A DNA stretch of 54,941 nucleotides, counting the filler, from Catajapyx aquilonaris (lineage: Eukaryota): the NCBI GenBank assembly GCA_000934665.2. It is 3 parts of 3 records of this genome, joined end to end, with 100 filler letters (N's around TTAATTAATTAA, not from the genome) between each part and the next. Parts side by side here need not be neighbours in the genome. Positions count along the whole stretch, not along the records: positions 36,669 to 54,941 come from KZ539584.1; 2 more parts are not named here. The stretch is one strand, 5' to 3'. Positions within the stretch are counted from its first letter, which is position 1. Each line of letters begins with the position of its first letter. The position numbers and the translations under genes were made by a program. Shown here one piece after another: positions 37,587-48,217 of this stretch. The notes beneath the pieces are model-generated. The model searched no databases. It had not been told where the DNA came from and saw only the letters and a list, made by a program, of their open reading frames with translations.

Positions 37587-38703
37587 TGAGAGACTAATTT
37601 ATCTTTAAAAAATCTGACAATCAGAAAGCACACATCCAGGACTACATTGCACTTGCCCAACATAATTTCAACCAAAATGTGAGTGACTGTTCTGCATTGT
37701 AGATTTTCATTTGCCAGTGTGCATTGTAATATTCACAACATATCAAAATCAGAGTTGAACTCAATACTCGTAGCATACATCATCAACGTATTCAGTATTT
37801 TAATAGAATATTTCAAAATATTGATATCAGTTGACAATATCAATATTTTCATAATTGCATTCTATTAACTTTTATTACAGTATACAAAAATATGAAAATA
37901 TTTTTAGAAATTGCCACCCCTAAAAAGAAGGCCAAGACACCTGAGGCACTAACCCTGCCTCCTGAACATCACCAGACAGAGTCAATCCCTATGCCCATCA
38001 TGTCCATTGAAGATCTAGACCGTTCAGTTTCTGGGAAGTTTGATGTGCAGATGGACTATAGAGAGCTATGTTGTTCACTTACAAGTGTTCCTGCCCCGAG
38101 TAAGTCCAAGCATTCCTCATTCTGGAGCATTCTCAAGAGCTACTTCACCTGCACCACCAAACAGGAGGAAAAAATGTAGGGGTAGCAATGCCCCACAAAT
38201 GTAACTCTTACATTTGAAGCAAGTGGGAAGAAAAATACTTTACAAAACGTCTTCAGTTGTTGTCTGCGACTTACTTATTTTATAAAATTTGCTGAATAGC
38301 CTCCCCTGACACACACAAATAAGGCAACATGGCAGCTCCTGCATGATTCAATTTGTTGGTGCTCCAAAAACCTGTTAATGGTTACAGCAACACATTGGCA
38401 ATACTGCTGTAAAAAATGTCATGCCATGTAAAGCGACAAAACCCAATGGACACACTGACGCACACAAGAAATACAGTTAAGTTCAAGTAAAATAATTGCT
38501 AGCAGTAAAGTAAGTCCTACTAAACTGATGGATACGTGGCTGATGCATGCATAGATACCCATATAGCTATAGTTGCTTTTGTTCCTTCCCAATCAAACCA
38601 ACTAAACTGCTGGGTGCTATTACCTTGTTGACTACTATGTTAAGGATGACAACCAGCTGAAGTAACATTCCAAACAATGTAGCCAGACACAGTATGTCAC
38701 CAA

Positions 38704-38888
38704 CAAAGAGTTCTGCTATATTATATATATATACCTAGAGGAGGCACTCAGGCTGAAATGTGAGGCAGGCAACAATGCAGGCAACAATATTACCTCCAAC
38801 AAGATGGCTGCTGCCTCAGCCTGTCTAATGGAAAAGGATAGGGAGTACCTCCTCTCGGTATTATATTATATAATAGCAGAACTCTTTG
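38704..38888. mobile_element. MITE with 8-bp TSD (P- or hAT-type)
   Basis: TSD GTCACCAA at 38696-38703 and 38889-38896. TIR CAAAGAGTTCTGCTAT. Confidence 0.85.
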
Positions 38889-39084
38889 GTCACCAATGAA
38901 GATCCAATGAAGATCCAACCAACAATAACCTTCAGACCAACCTGGCTCAATTCCTTCTGAAGGTGCAAAAAAATGTGTCTACTGTTTGTGAAAATATTTG
39001 TCAACACATTAGCATGAGCAGGATATGGGAGTGGATCCAGACTTCATATTTTTGTTTCTCGTTATTTGGACCAGGGAGACACTC

Positions 39085-39448
39085 ACAAGGGAACGACCAA
39101 GGTCGGTCGCCTCCGATTTGGTTGAAACTCGCTTCAGTGGTCACTCATGTGCGATAGACACAGTGGTGAAAGTCCTAGATGACACTATCCAGCCATTTCC
39201 GAGACATGAGCACAAAAAAAATATTTTTTAAATCGAATTTTGGCTGTGCATACCGGCGTCGGGCGGGAAGGGACAAGTGCCAGGCCCAGCAAGGCCCCTC
39301 TACGCGTGGACAATATTCGGATGTTTCTGTCGCTCACTCATTCTCAGAAACTGCTGGGCAGTGTCATCTAGGACTCTCACCACAGTGTCTATCGCACATG
39401 AGTGACCTCTCGAGTTTCAACCAAATCGGACCTTGGTCGTTCCCTTGT
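39085..39448. mobile_element. MITE with ~100-bp inverted arms
   Basis: ACAAGGGAACGACCAAGGTC..CACTCATGTGCGATAGACAC..GTCCTAGATGACACT is mirrored at 39360-39448. Confidence 0.7.
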
Positions 39449-39924
39449 CAGAGGCACTTGAAACACGCTGCCCTACAATGGGTGTAAACTAGCCTAAAAT
39501 AATTTTTATGTGCCTGGCTATCTAGCAATGCTGCACTGAATGTCCCACGTTCTTTCTTGACTAGTTGGTCCCTTTCATTTGAGACACAAACGTGACCAGT
39601 GCAGCAATTGTTGGCAGGCCATGGCTATTTGTTGGCATTAAGCTGCTTATTTTTAGTACCTTTAAATAGTTATCAAAAGTTTTAGCAGCTAACACATTAA
39701 GTATTAGGTTACCATGCACCCATCATTTTCAAAGTCTGCAAATGAGACCTGCTATGCACAAAGTGGGTTGTCATTGACATGAGATGCCAATTGTTCCAAT
39801 GGGCCATTCCTACTCGAAATTACTTTGCAGTTCACAGTCGGAATAGATGCTTCAGTTCAGCATAATATCCCCCTATAATAATAGCCTTATTTTTTTCCGC
39901 ATCTGGAACGCTCCAGATGTGGCG

Positions 39925-40075
39925 GCCTGATGAATTAGGGTCGTGACCAACAGGTCGCAGAGCACTCACCAAGGGCCCTTGGTGAGTGCTGCGCCACCTT
40001 TTGGTCACGCCGGAAAGAGAGACTGCCCCCTATGAGTGCTGCCACCTATTGGTCACGGCACTAATTAATCAGGCC
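39925..40075. mobile_element. Small palindromic MITE
   Basis: GGCCTGATGAATTAG / CTAATTAATCAGGCC ends, with the internal palindrome GCACTCACCAAGGGCCCTTGGTGAGTGC. Confidence 0.65.
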
Positions 40076-40079
40076 GGGG

Positions 40080-40240
40080 GAAGGAGTTACTTTAGCGGGG
40101 GCTTAACGTTGGCCTATTTCTGCCGCTAGGCTCAACACCGACGCCAGGGGGTGGTCGTCCTCCTGGAAATTTTGCCACTCTGGGTATCTTTAACATGCAC
40201 ACACGCAATGTCACAAGCACACGGGACCGACGGCTTTACT
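40080..40240 (-). mobile_element. SINE fragment with a Deu/Nin-like central domain
   Basis: The minus strand reads GTAAAGCCGTCGGTCCCGTG...GTGCATGTTAAAGATACCC, which resembles the Deu-domain consensus as I recall it. Confidence 0.5.
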
Positions 40241-40633
40241 TCTGTGGAGTGGCTGGGGTCGCCTGCCTTACCGCCATAAGCCCTTACCGCCACTTTCCCT
40301 GACCGTCAAAAGTCCTAACCGCCACATATTTCCTTTCCCGCCAATACAGGTCAGCCAACTGATTCCATCTGCGCCTAAGAATATTCAGAAAACTGTCATA
40401 TAAGCTGCTACTTGCAGCCCCACTTTCTAACTATGCCGCCATCTTTGATCAGGATCTAGCAACTTATTATGATTTTCAGCGGATAGCGGCTTAGAGTAAA
40501 CCCTTGCGACTTATTTGGCGGCGGCGCATGAACCTCCCAGAGCAAGCAAACAAGATATCAGAGGTGGGATCACCAGAGGTTCCGATGTTGGCAAAGCCAC
40601 AATAATGTTCGTTGGCCTCCGGCGCCACAAGAG

Positions 40634-40739
40634 GTACTATATCGCTCAAAAAGATAGAGACGATTGGCATTTGATTCAAGTGCAAGTTGCACTTGAGTCA
40701 AATGCAAAATCGTCTCTATCTTTTTGGGCGATATAGTAC
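40634..40739. mobile_element. Palindromic 106-bp MITE
   Basis: Near-perfect hairpin, and the exact reverse complement of 42851-42956. Confidence 0.9.
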
Positions 40740-40865
40740 ATACTGTAAATAACGTTGCAGATACGAAACCCACAATAATCGCCCAGCTCCGCTTCCGCTC
40801 CCATTACCTAAAAATATCCTGCAGGGCGACGAACCCTGCCTGGCGGGGCCACAACAGATGACAGT

Positions 40866-41128
40866 GGAGACAATGGATACCCCGTGATAAGCCTCCTTGA
40901 GCTTTTTAGGGGATCATCTTTTAATTGACCGACTTTAATCATTGTCTGCGCTGTGATGGATTTTGATTGCGGGAGGAAACGGGAGAACCCCGAGAAAACC
41001 CACGCAAACACGGACAGAACCCATCGAAACTCTATCCACATAAGCATACTCTGTCCGATCCAGGGATCGAACTCAGGACCTTAAGAGGTGGAAGGCTGCG
41101 GCGCTAACCACTCCGCCACCGTCTCGCC
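40866..41128 (-). mobile_element. tRNA-derived SINE with a V/Meta-like core domain
   Basis: A box TGGCGGAGTGG, B box AGTTCGATCCC, core GCGTGGGTTTTCTCGGGGTTCTCCCGTTTCCTCCC. Flanked by the 14-bp direct repeat CAACAGATGACAGT (40852-40865, 41129-41142). Confidence 0.85.
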
Positions 41129-41322
41129 CAACAGATGACAGTATTGTTGCAGTACCATAAAGCCATACAGCATCACCTACACAAAGGGGAACTCCATCCC
41201 TCATGTTGCTGTGTCACTAAAATATGTCCATATCAGCTATTATCAGCTATTATTATTAGCCTTAATCATAGCCTGCTAGATCCGGATCCAAAAGTCTTAT
41301 AATTATGTTCATTGGCATAATG

Positions 41323-41755
41323 TCATCCCGGCCTATGCCATGACAATCAACAACTCGCAGGGCCAGATCAGCACGTTAGCATTTCCCTGGATGAACCTGT
41401 CTTCTCCCAATCATGGCCAGCTGCATGTGGCACTGTCCCACTCTCGCAACCCAAGTCAGGTCAAAGTGTTCACTACTCCTACTGCTCAACAAGGAACATT
41501 GCTCTCCAACAACAGTGTGTTTACACACAATGTTGTATATCGCGAGGTTTTATGAAAACTTTTCTCATGTCCCATTCAGGAAGTGTACAGTATGTCCATT
41601 CATTCAATGCCACTCAATTTTTCAACCCCATCTTACGACGACCAGCTATACGCTATTTCTTAGTTGTCACTCCGCAAGCCCTCTCATTCCATTTTTTCAT
41701 TACCATGGTCTTCCTCATTGCAGGTTTTGCCAAATTTTGGCTACGGGTGCGCTAG
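41323..41755 (+). mobile_element. Helitron 3' end with Pif1-like helicase C-terminus
   Basis: PAYAMTINNSQGQ...HGQLHVALS...THNVVYREVL* to 41555. Hairpin GCCAAA-T-TTTGGC, then CTAG|T at 41752-41756. Confidence 0.88.
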
Positions 41756-42000
41756 TTAGCAGATAATTAGGATAAGCATTAAAAGTAACCATGCATTTAG
41801 CTGCAAGGTTGAACTGATTTTAGCATTCCCAAAGGTTGAATTACTACCTTTGCAATTCAAGTCCTCTGGTGTTGGGTTACAAGTCAGGTTCTCATTTAGC
41901 TACATAGTAAATCAGTTTTCCTTGTGCTTCAGAGGGGGAATTGTAATGAAATTGCAACCACATTCTGTTACACCTGCTGACAAGTGCACATTCAACATAC

Positions 42001-42226
42001 CGCCTCTCCTCTCCAGTGAAGGCAGGGTGTATCAGGCTGTAAGACAGCAGTTGCCTGGATTCATCGATGTGAATGCCCATTTCCACAGAGTGGCTGAGTA
42101 CCTTGGGAATGACGCTTAGGTAACATGACTTGGCCTTTGTGTTGGCCGGATGGAGCAATGGAAGGTGGCTCAAAAGTTGATGAACTGCAGTCTCCTTGCT
42201 CTCATTCACTAGGCTGCTCACAAACA
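42001..42226 (-). CDS. smg: Smaug/SAMD4 homolog, second recognised coding exon
   Basis: FVSSLVNESKETAVHQLLSHLPLLHPANTKAK...ESRQLLSYSLIHPAFTGEERR matches the SAMD4 N-terminal region. Acceptor tttcag|TG, donor CG|gtatgt. Confidence 0.92.
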
Positions 42227-42469
42227 CTGAAATATGATATAGTACTTATTGTTTCAAAAATTGTTTTGACACACTACCTGCTCTAGGTACAAAAGAATAA
42301 GGTGCACATCATAATGTAGCTTGGAGAGCAGCTTCACTTTAGTCCCATTTTAAATACTACACATGCTTAAAGAAACTCCCCTTCCACTACACCAGAACAA
42401 AGGCCAAAGTTTACCCCATTTATGAGTCACAACTTCTGCATAAAATAAAATAAAGGCCCAGCCACTCAC

Positions 42470-42691
42470 TAGGGTTGTTGGCCTGCTGCTCCTTTCTCTG
42501 CAGATCTGCAGAGTCTGCCAAGCTGCGTTCCAGTGCTAGTGCTAGGAACCGAGCCTGGGTGGATGGAAGCCTCTTCAGAAGGGAGTATAGGGCCACAGTC
42601 TGCTCACATTCATTCCACTGAGCAAACCAGGCACCCACTGTGTTCACCTGGTCGCGATACATCAGCATGACCCTTGCAGCCTCCAGCCCAT
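42470..42691 (-). CDS. smg: Smaug/SAMD4 homolog, exon with SSR1 (probable start ATG at 42668)
   Basis: [49 protein letters not shown]. Acceptor gtttcag|, donor A|gtgagt, phase 1, which fits the next exon. Confidence 0.94.
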
Positions 42692-42850
42692 CTGAAACAA
42701 CACACACATGGCTTAATATCACCATTTATTCATCCAAAAGTGCCTCATTACTGTACAAAACCGGCAACCGTGCAGTGATGACATTATTGGAATGTACTAC
42801 TAAAATCTCCAATGGTACAAATACTTCCGAAATTCAGCATGTCCCATTTG

Positions 42851-42956
42851 GTACTATATCGCCCAAAAAGATAGAGACGATTTTGCATTTGACTCAAGTG
42901 CAACTTGCACTTGAATCAAATGCCAATCGTCTCTATCTTTTTGAGCGATATAGTAC
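42851..42956. mobile_element. Palindromic 106-bp MITE
   Basis: Exact reverse complement of 40634-40739. Confidence 0.9.
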
Positions 42957-43089
42957 ATCGCAGCGAGCAATTTTTGCACACTACGTTGCATATTATGAAT
43001 CAGTTACTAAAAATATTAGCTAGTTACATTCAGGGTCTTGTTGTGGTCATTATGGGTAACCTACATATTAGGTTTTATTACCATGGCAA

Positions 43090-44424
43090 TCTTCTATCTA
43101 TAATTGAGGATGTTTGTTTGCTTGTTTGTTTGCTATAGAAATCCAGGGGAATGCCCCTACACCACCTTAAACTAGCTTACCGGGGGTTACTTTTGGCAAG
43201 GAATTTCATGCATGTTTCAGCTTCCGAAAATGAGCCTAACTCCGCATATTCCCTATTCCTCTCGCTGCACAACCCTCAACAATAAATAACTTAACAATAT
43301 TGACATATCAACATCAATATCAACATTTACTCTTTCCTATTTCCCAATCCCATGGATATGCCCTTGCGCAACCATACCTAGCAAATTAAATCAGGGGTTT
43401 TGCATTTACCACATCAGACTTCCTGCCACCCAGCATTGCATCTATATCTTGCGCCTCTCTTTTTTACCATCGCCGTAAATTCAACGCATCCCCGCCCATT
43501 ACGCTAATTGGCCACCTCACATGAGTTCGTATGGCATGGTCATTCTGGGATATTGTAGGATTTGAAAGTAGACTTCCAGACACAAATAAATACAACAAAT
43601 ACAGTAGGCCTATTTACAAAAATTACTCCCAGTGTTGAAAACAAAATTTCCCACCAGACATCTGTAATATACATTTCTAGAGTTCTTCAGGGCAACACAT
43701 AGAACGAGGTGGGGGTGTCAGGTGGGGTTGGGGGGAGGGGGTGAAGGGGTATAAAATCCCGGAATAAAAAAAAAACACATGGCTGTGCAGTCGTTTCCTG
43801 GGCCCCTGCATTGACTACACTATAACCGAAGCAGGTCATCTATTACTGATAGTGACAAACTTTGGCTTACTGTAACTTTATAAGGCCTGTTTTAAGGTAT
43901 ATCGAGTTTCGAGTGTATGGAGCAAATTTTACAAACAAACAAACGTCCTAAAATATATATGTACCCCTACCTTTACCCGTACCCCAACATACAGTGCTGG
44001 ACATATTAGCCATTGCTGAATGGTTTTTTTTTCCTTCGGCGACGGCGCTGCGTTACCTGGCAACCCCGTCCGGCGGGCCAATTCAAACATCAGCATGTGG
44101 AGAGTGCTTCCATTGTTGCCACTGTTTACAAATCGAGTGAGTGACCCCAAAATGACTTATTGCTTCTAACATCATTATTTTCCCCGTTTTCTCCTGCATA
44201 TCCCTGCAGATACTGTGTAAGCAGGCAGAAGAGACCCGTCGCTGGGTCGTCCGCGTCACTCACTTGATTTGTAAACAGTGGCAACAATGGAAGCGCTCTC
44301 CATGGGCTGATGTTTGAATTGGCCCGCCGGACAGGGTTGCCAGGTAACGCCGCCGGAAAAAAAACATTCAGCGACGGCTAATATGTCCAGCACTGTACCT
44401 GGGCAATGCCGGGTCACCTGCTAG
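43090..44424 (+). mobile_element. Non-autonomous Helitron-like element
   Basis: A|TC start followed by TCTATCTATAA and (GTTT)n. 3' CCTGGGCAATGCCGGG hairpin and CTAG|T at 44421-44425. Whether both ends belong to one element is inferred. Confidence 0.6.
43992..44395. mobile_element. TA-TSD MITE with ~150-bp TIRs, nested in the Helitron
   Basis: TA|CAGTGCTGGACATATTAGCC ... GGCTAATATGTCCAGCACTG|TA. Confidence 0.88.
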
Positions 44425-44853
44425 TGTTATTATATAATGATAGAAGTAAAGAACCAGTTACCCAAATGGGTAAGCTACCAAAGTGACCAGACTAGGGGCC
44501 TTATTGAAATTAGCATCTCTTTTAAAAGCACTGAGAGGGTCCAGCCTGCAGTAGGCCCTAAAATGGCTTGAACTGCTAAACTGGTCAAAATTAATCATTA
44601 ACAATGTTTCGGGTTTGGAAACTCATGGCAATTCAAGGGCTTGAATTACTCAACCTACTAGGCCTACTGCATTGGCAGCTAATATTCTTATAACTCCTAA
44701 AAGCAACTCTCCAAAAGTAATTGCTTCATAAGCAACTTAGTGCAAAAATTGCTAACTGAAACGAAACGTGCTATTCATTAATCATCGTGCTATTCATTAA
44801 TCATCGTGCTAACCTTCTACTGATGTTGTCTTTGGTCAAGGATTATCAGCCAA

Positions 44854-44888
<35 letters not shown>

Positions 44889-45499
44889 NGAGGAGGGGGG
44901 AGGGGGGGGGAGAGAGAGAGAGAGAGAGAAGGAAAATCTTCAGGCAGGGCAGTGGCCTTCCACTTTATCAGTCATTAAGTGCTATGCTATGGTACTAGTT
45001 CATGAGGGAGAGCAGACTAATGGGAAAGCTCATTGCACATTAGCTCTCACTGTGTATAATGCACTTACATTATTAACCCTGGAACCGTGATGTGGGGTCA
45101 ATACTTTTCAATGTATTGACTATATGCAATCATTCATTGAACAATGCCTAAAATTATCGCTAATTCAAAATAAACATGCACTTCCTGTTATATACTTTTT
45201 TAAATGGCAAAAGTTCATTGCAATTATCATTTGTGCCATTAAAAATAAATTATGAAAGATTCTAGTGACTTGGAAGCATCTTAAAAGCGAAAAATTAAAA
45301 TTCGCGACTGAGTCCCGATTTCGTAACTCCCACAACAAAACTGCGTTTAACTTTCCATCCTATATTATTAGGAAAATCTTACACAAAAATCACACCAAAA
45401 TCGATCCTGCAACAGATCCTTTCCGAGCTTAAGACAGAGTCAGTGACTCCTTTGGACCTCCTGGCATACAGTACCCTGCATTAATGGCCATGTGCACAG

Positions 45500-46040
45500 C
45501 AGCGTTGCCAACCTGACCCGTAGAAACAACCGTACCACGAGAGTCAAAATTACCGGATTTCGCCGAAAAATCCGTACATTTTAAAACATAGCATTTTGTT
45601 AATGAAACATTAGGGGAGAATATTTATTTATTTATTTATTTACTTATTTATTTTACCCCATTGGGCATTAGGGGAGAATATTATTACAGGTAAATATATG
45701 TCTAAGGCATTGTCAGAACCGCACAAAATGCATGTGCCGCAAAAGGTAAAGCGAGCACAGCGGGGAAGAGCACGCCGCAGGCGGAATTTTTTGGGGGGGT
45801 TCAAGGTCGCACAAGCTTAGGTGAATGCAACTGACAGAACAGCGGAATCCTCCTGTACTGTAAGCACGTCGAATATAATTTTATTTTATTAATTTAATTT
45901 TTATTTTATTTTGAGTACACAAAAGCGATTTAACCGTATACCGTACATGTCATTACCGTAACAGAGGCGTAAATTACCGTATGCCCCCACCTGCCCCCCC
46001 CCCCCCCCCACATCCCCCCACNTACAGGTTGGCAACGCTG
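45500..46040. mobile_element. hAT-type MITE
   Basis: TIR CAGCGTTGCCAACCT. 8-bp TSD GTGCACAG / ATGCACAG (7 of 8 match). Confidence 0.85.
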
Positions 46041-46142
46041 ATGCACAGACATCGCCACCTGTCCAAGAACGAGCGAAATTAGGCGCCGGTGGGCTGCGTC
46101 CAAAATACTTTGACAGCTCAAGATATCGCGGTTGATTCAAAC

Positions 46143-46516
46143 CAGCCCCCGGACACTTATACTATACATTCTGATCTTCATCTTATCACCTGCCGAGGCA
46201 TTTTGCAGGGGGTGCTCACCTGAGAGCGCCATGAGACATTTCAGTGCACTGGTATGTGGCGACCCTACCTGACTACGCTGAACTTTATCGGTACGAAAGG
46301 TAAGCGCTACATGCGGGCTCAACATGTCCGGTGGCGACCGTGTTGGGTCCACCAATGTAGCCCTTCCCTTTTGTACCTATAAAGTTCAGCGTAGTCCGGT
46401 ATGGTCGCCACCTACCAGTGCTCTGAAATGTCTCATGGCGCTCTCAGGTGAGCACCCCCTGCAAAACGCCCTGGCAGGGGTGGGTGGGAGTGACCAGACC
46501 TTACTTTCTATGACCA
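46143..46516. mobile_element. Unclassified hairpin insertion with a 10-bp TSD
   Basis: TGATTCAAAC at 46133-46142 and 46517-46526. Internal inverted arms at ~46188-46313 and ~46354-46478. Confidence 0.75.
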
Positions 46517-46806
46517 TGATTCAAACGCTTGCTACAAAGATGGATCACAGCGGATCACACATATATGTGGGATGAATTATAAGACCATTGCGATTCCTCT
46601 CAATGTATTGAGGTGGTGAACCAGTTTATATTACACATACCACGTGAATGCCTGTTAATCCACCGCGATATCTTGAGCCGTCTAGAGCGGTCTCGTGAGC
46701 AGTCTTGGTGATCAAAGTATTTTGGACACAGCCCTTCGACGCCTAGTTCCGCTCAATCCCGCTAGGTGGCGATGTCTGTGCGTGGCCATTAATGCAGGGT
46801 ACTGTA

Positions 46807-47187
46807 CAGTACCCTGCATTAATGGCCATGCACAGACATCGCCATCTGGCCAGATTGAGCGGAACTAGGCGTCTGGTGGGCTGTGTCAAAAAATCAAGAC
46901 TGCTTACAAGTCCACTCTAGACGGCTCAAGATATCGCGGTGGATTAACAGGCATTCGCTCGGTCCGTGTAATAACTGGCTCACAACCTCAATACATTGAT
47001 AGGAATCGCAATGGCCTTATAATTCATCCCACAGATATATCTGTGATCCATCTTTGTAGCAAGAGTTTGAATCTACCGCTATATCTTGAGCTGTCCAAGT
47101 ATTTTGGACGCACCCCAACGACGCCTATTTTCGCTCGTTCTTGGACAGGTGGCGATGTCTGTGCATGGCCATTAATGCAGGGTACTG
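46807..47187. mobile_element. Second copy of the TA-TSD MITE, inverted, sharing TA 46805-46806
   Basis: Junction GGGTACTG-TA-CAGTACCC, with the same TIRs. Confidence 0.88.
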
Positions 47188-48145
47188 TACAAGGTCAATG
47201 ATTAGTTGATTACTCACTTCTCGGAGGCTAAAACCTCTTGCATTAGACTCCATTCGACTTGTGATCTAAAGCACGAAACACGCGGTACCGGCGCATTCAC
47301 ATATCGAGAACCTCACGCGGTCAGTTCGAAATAGTTCAAGTGGCTGTTTCTTCTCTAGAAAACAAAAGGAAGTGGCAGCCACCCGAAAGACTTAAGAGCT
47401 GTTCTGCGATACTCTTATAATTCCCAAATTCGTCGATATGTGATGCACCTGTAGCATTTCGACACTGTCCACAAGTAACTGCTGAATCCTCCCCCCCCCC
47501 CCAATAAATTGGCACAATGATGAAACCAACTGCCTAGACAGTACGCCATTTGACTATCAGGTTCAACAAGTGGTCGCAGTCCCTCCGCCGTGGCCAACGA
47601 ATCACTTCTTCGCAATCAATACATTTGCTCGATTACACAGGTAAGATGCACCCACCCCCATCATAACGTTCCCGATGACGCGCATTTAAACCTCAAGCCA
47701 CAGAAAAAAATGGCTTTCCATTGCCCCGTTAACTCAAGCTAGCATGTCACGTGCAATCGAGGATCCGTACCTTCCGCCTAAAACCCCACCGAGATTCACC
47801 ACAATTCACCCAAAAATTCACCACAATTTTCATCCACCTCCAATAGACGAGACTCACCTGTCTGTCCTCATGTGCGAATCCTCGTGAACAAAGAAAAATG
47901 CGCCCCATTGATCCCAGCCCCAACCTGTCGGCACACCAGTTGAATCCCTCCCCACGAATCCTCATCATTTATGAGGAAAAACGCCCCTCAATGATTTCCT
48001 GCTCACCTGGACGATCCGTGAGAGGCATGGCAACAAGATTCGAGCCCCCTGATAAAGCTGAGCTGGAGCCGGGCGCCCCTACACAACCCACACAGCATCT
48101 GCAGCCATAGCTCCCGCACACCCACCACCCATCCTACTCAAACCT

Positions 48146-48217
48146 NNNNNNNNNNNNNNNNNNNNNNNNNNNNNNNNNNNNNNNNNNNNNNNNNNNNNNN
48201 NNNNNNNNNNNNNNNNN
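48146..48217. other. Ordinary scaffold gap (72 N)
   Basis: N run without a linker. Confidence 0.95.

Larger units (their letters stand above)
45469..46804. mobile_element. TA-TSD MITE carrying two nested insertions
   Basis: TIR CAGTACCCTGCATTAATGGCCA. After removing 45500-46040 and 46143-46516 it is colinear, in reverse, with 46807-47187. Confidence 0.85.

Noticed and set aside
41055..41128. tRNA gene
   Set aside because: The A and B boxes run into a SINE body bounded by direct repeats, with no proper acceptor stem.
45073..45100. piggyBac-like left end TTAACCCTGGAACCGTG
   Set aside because: No matching right end found in the window.
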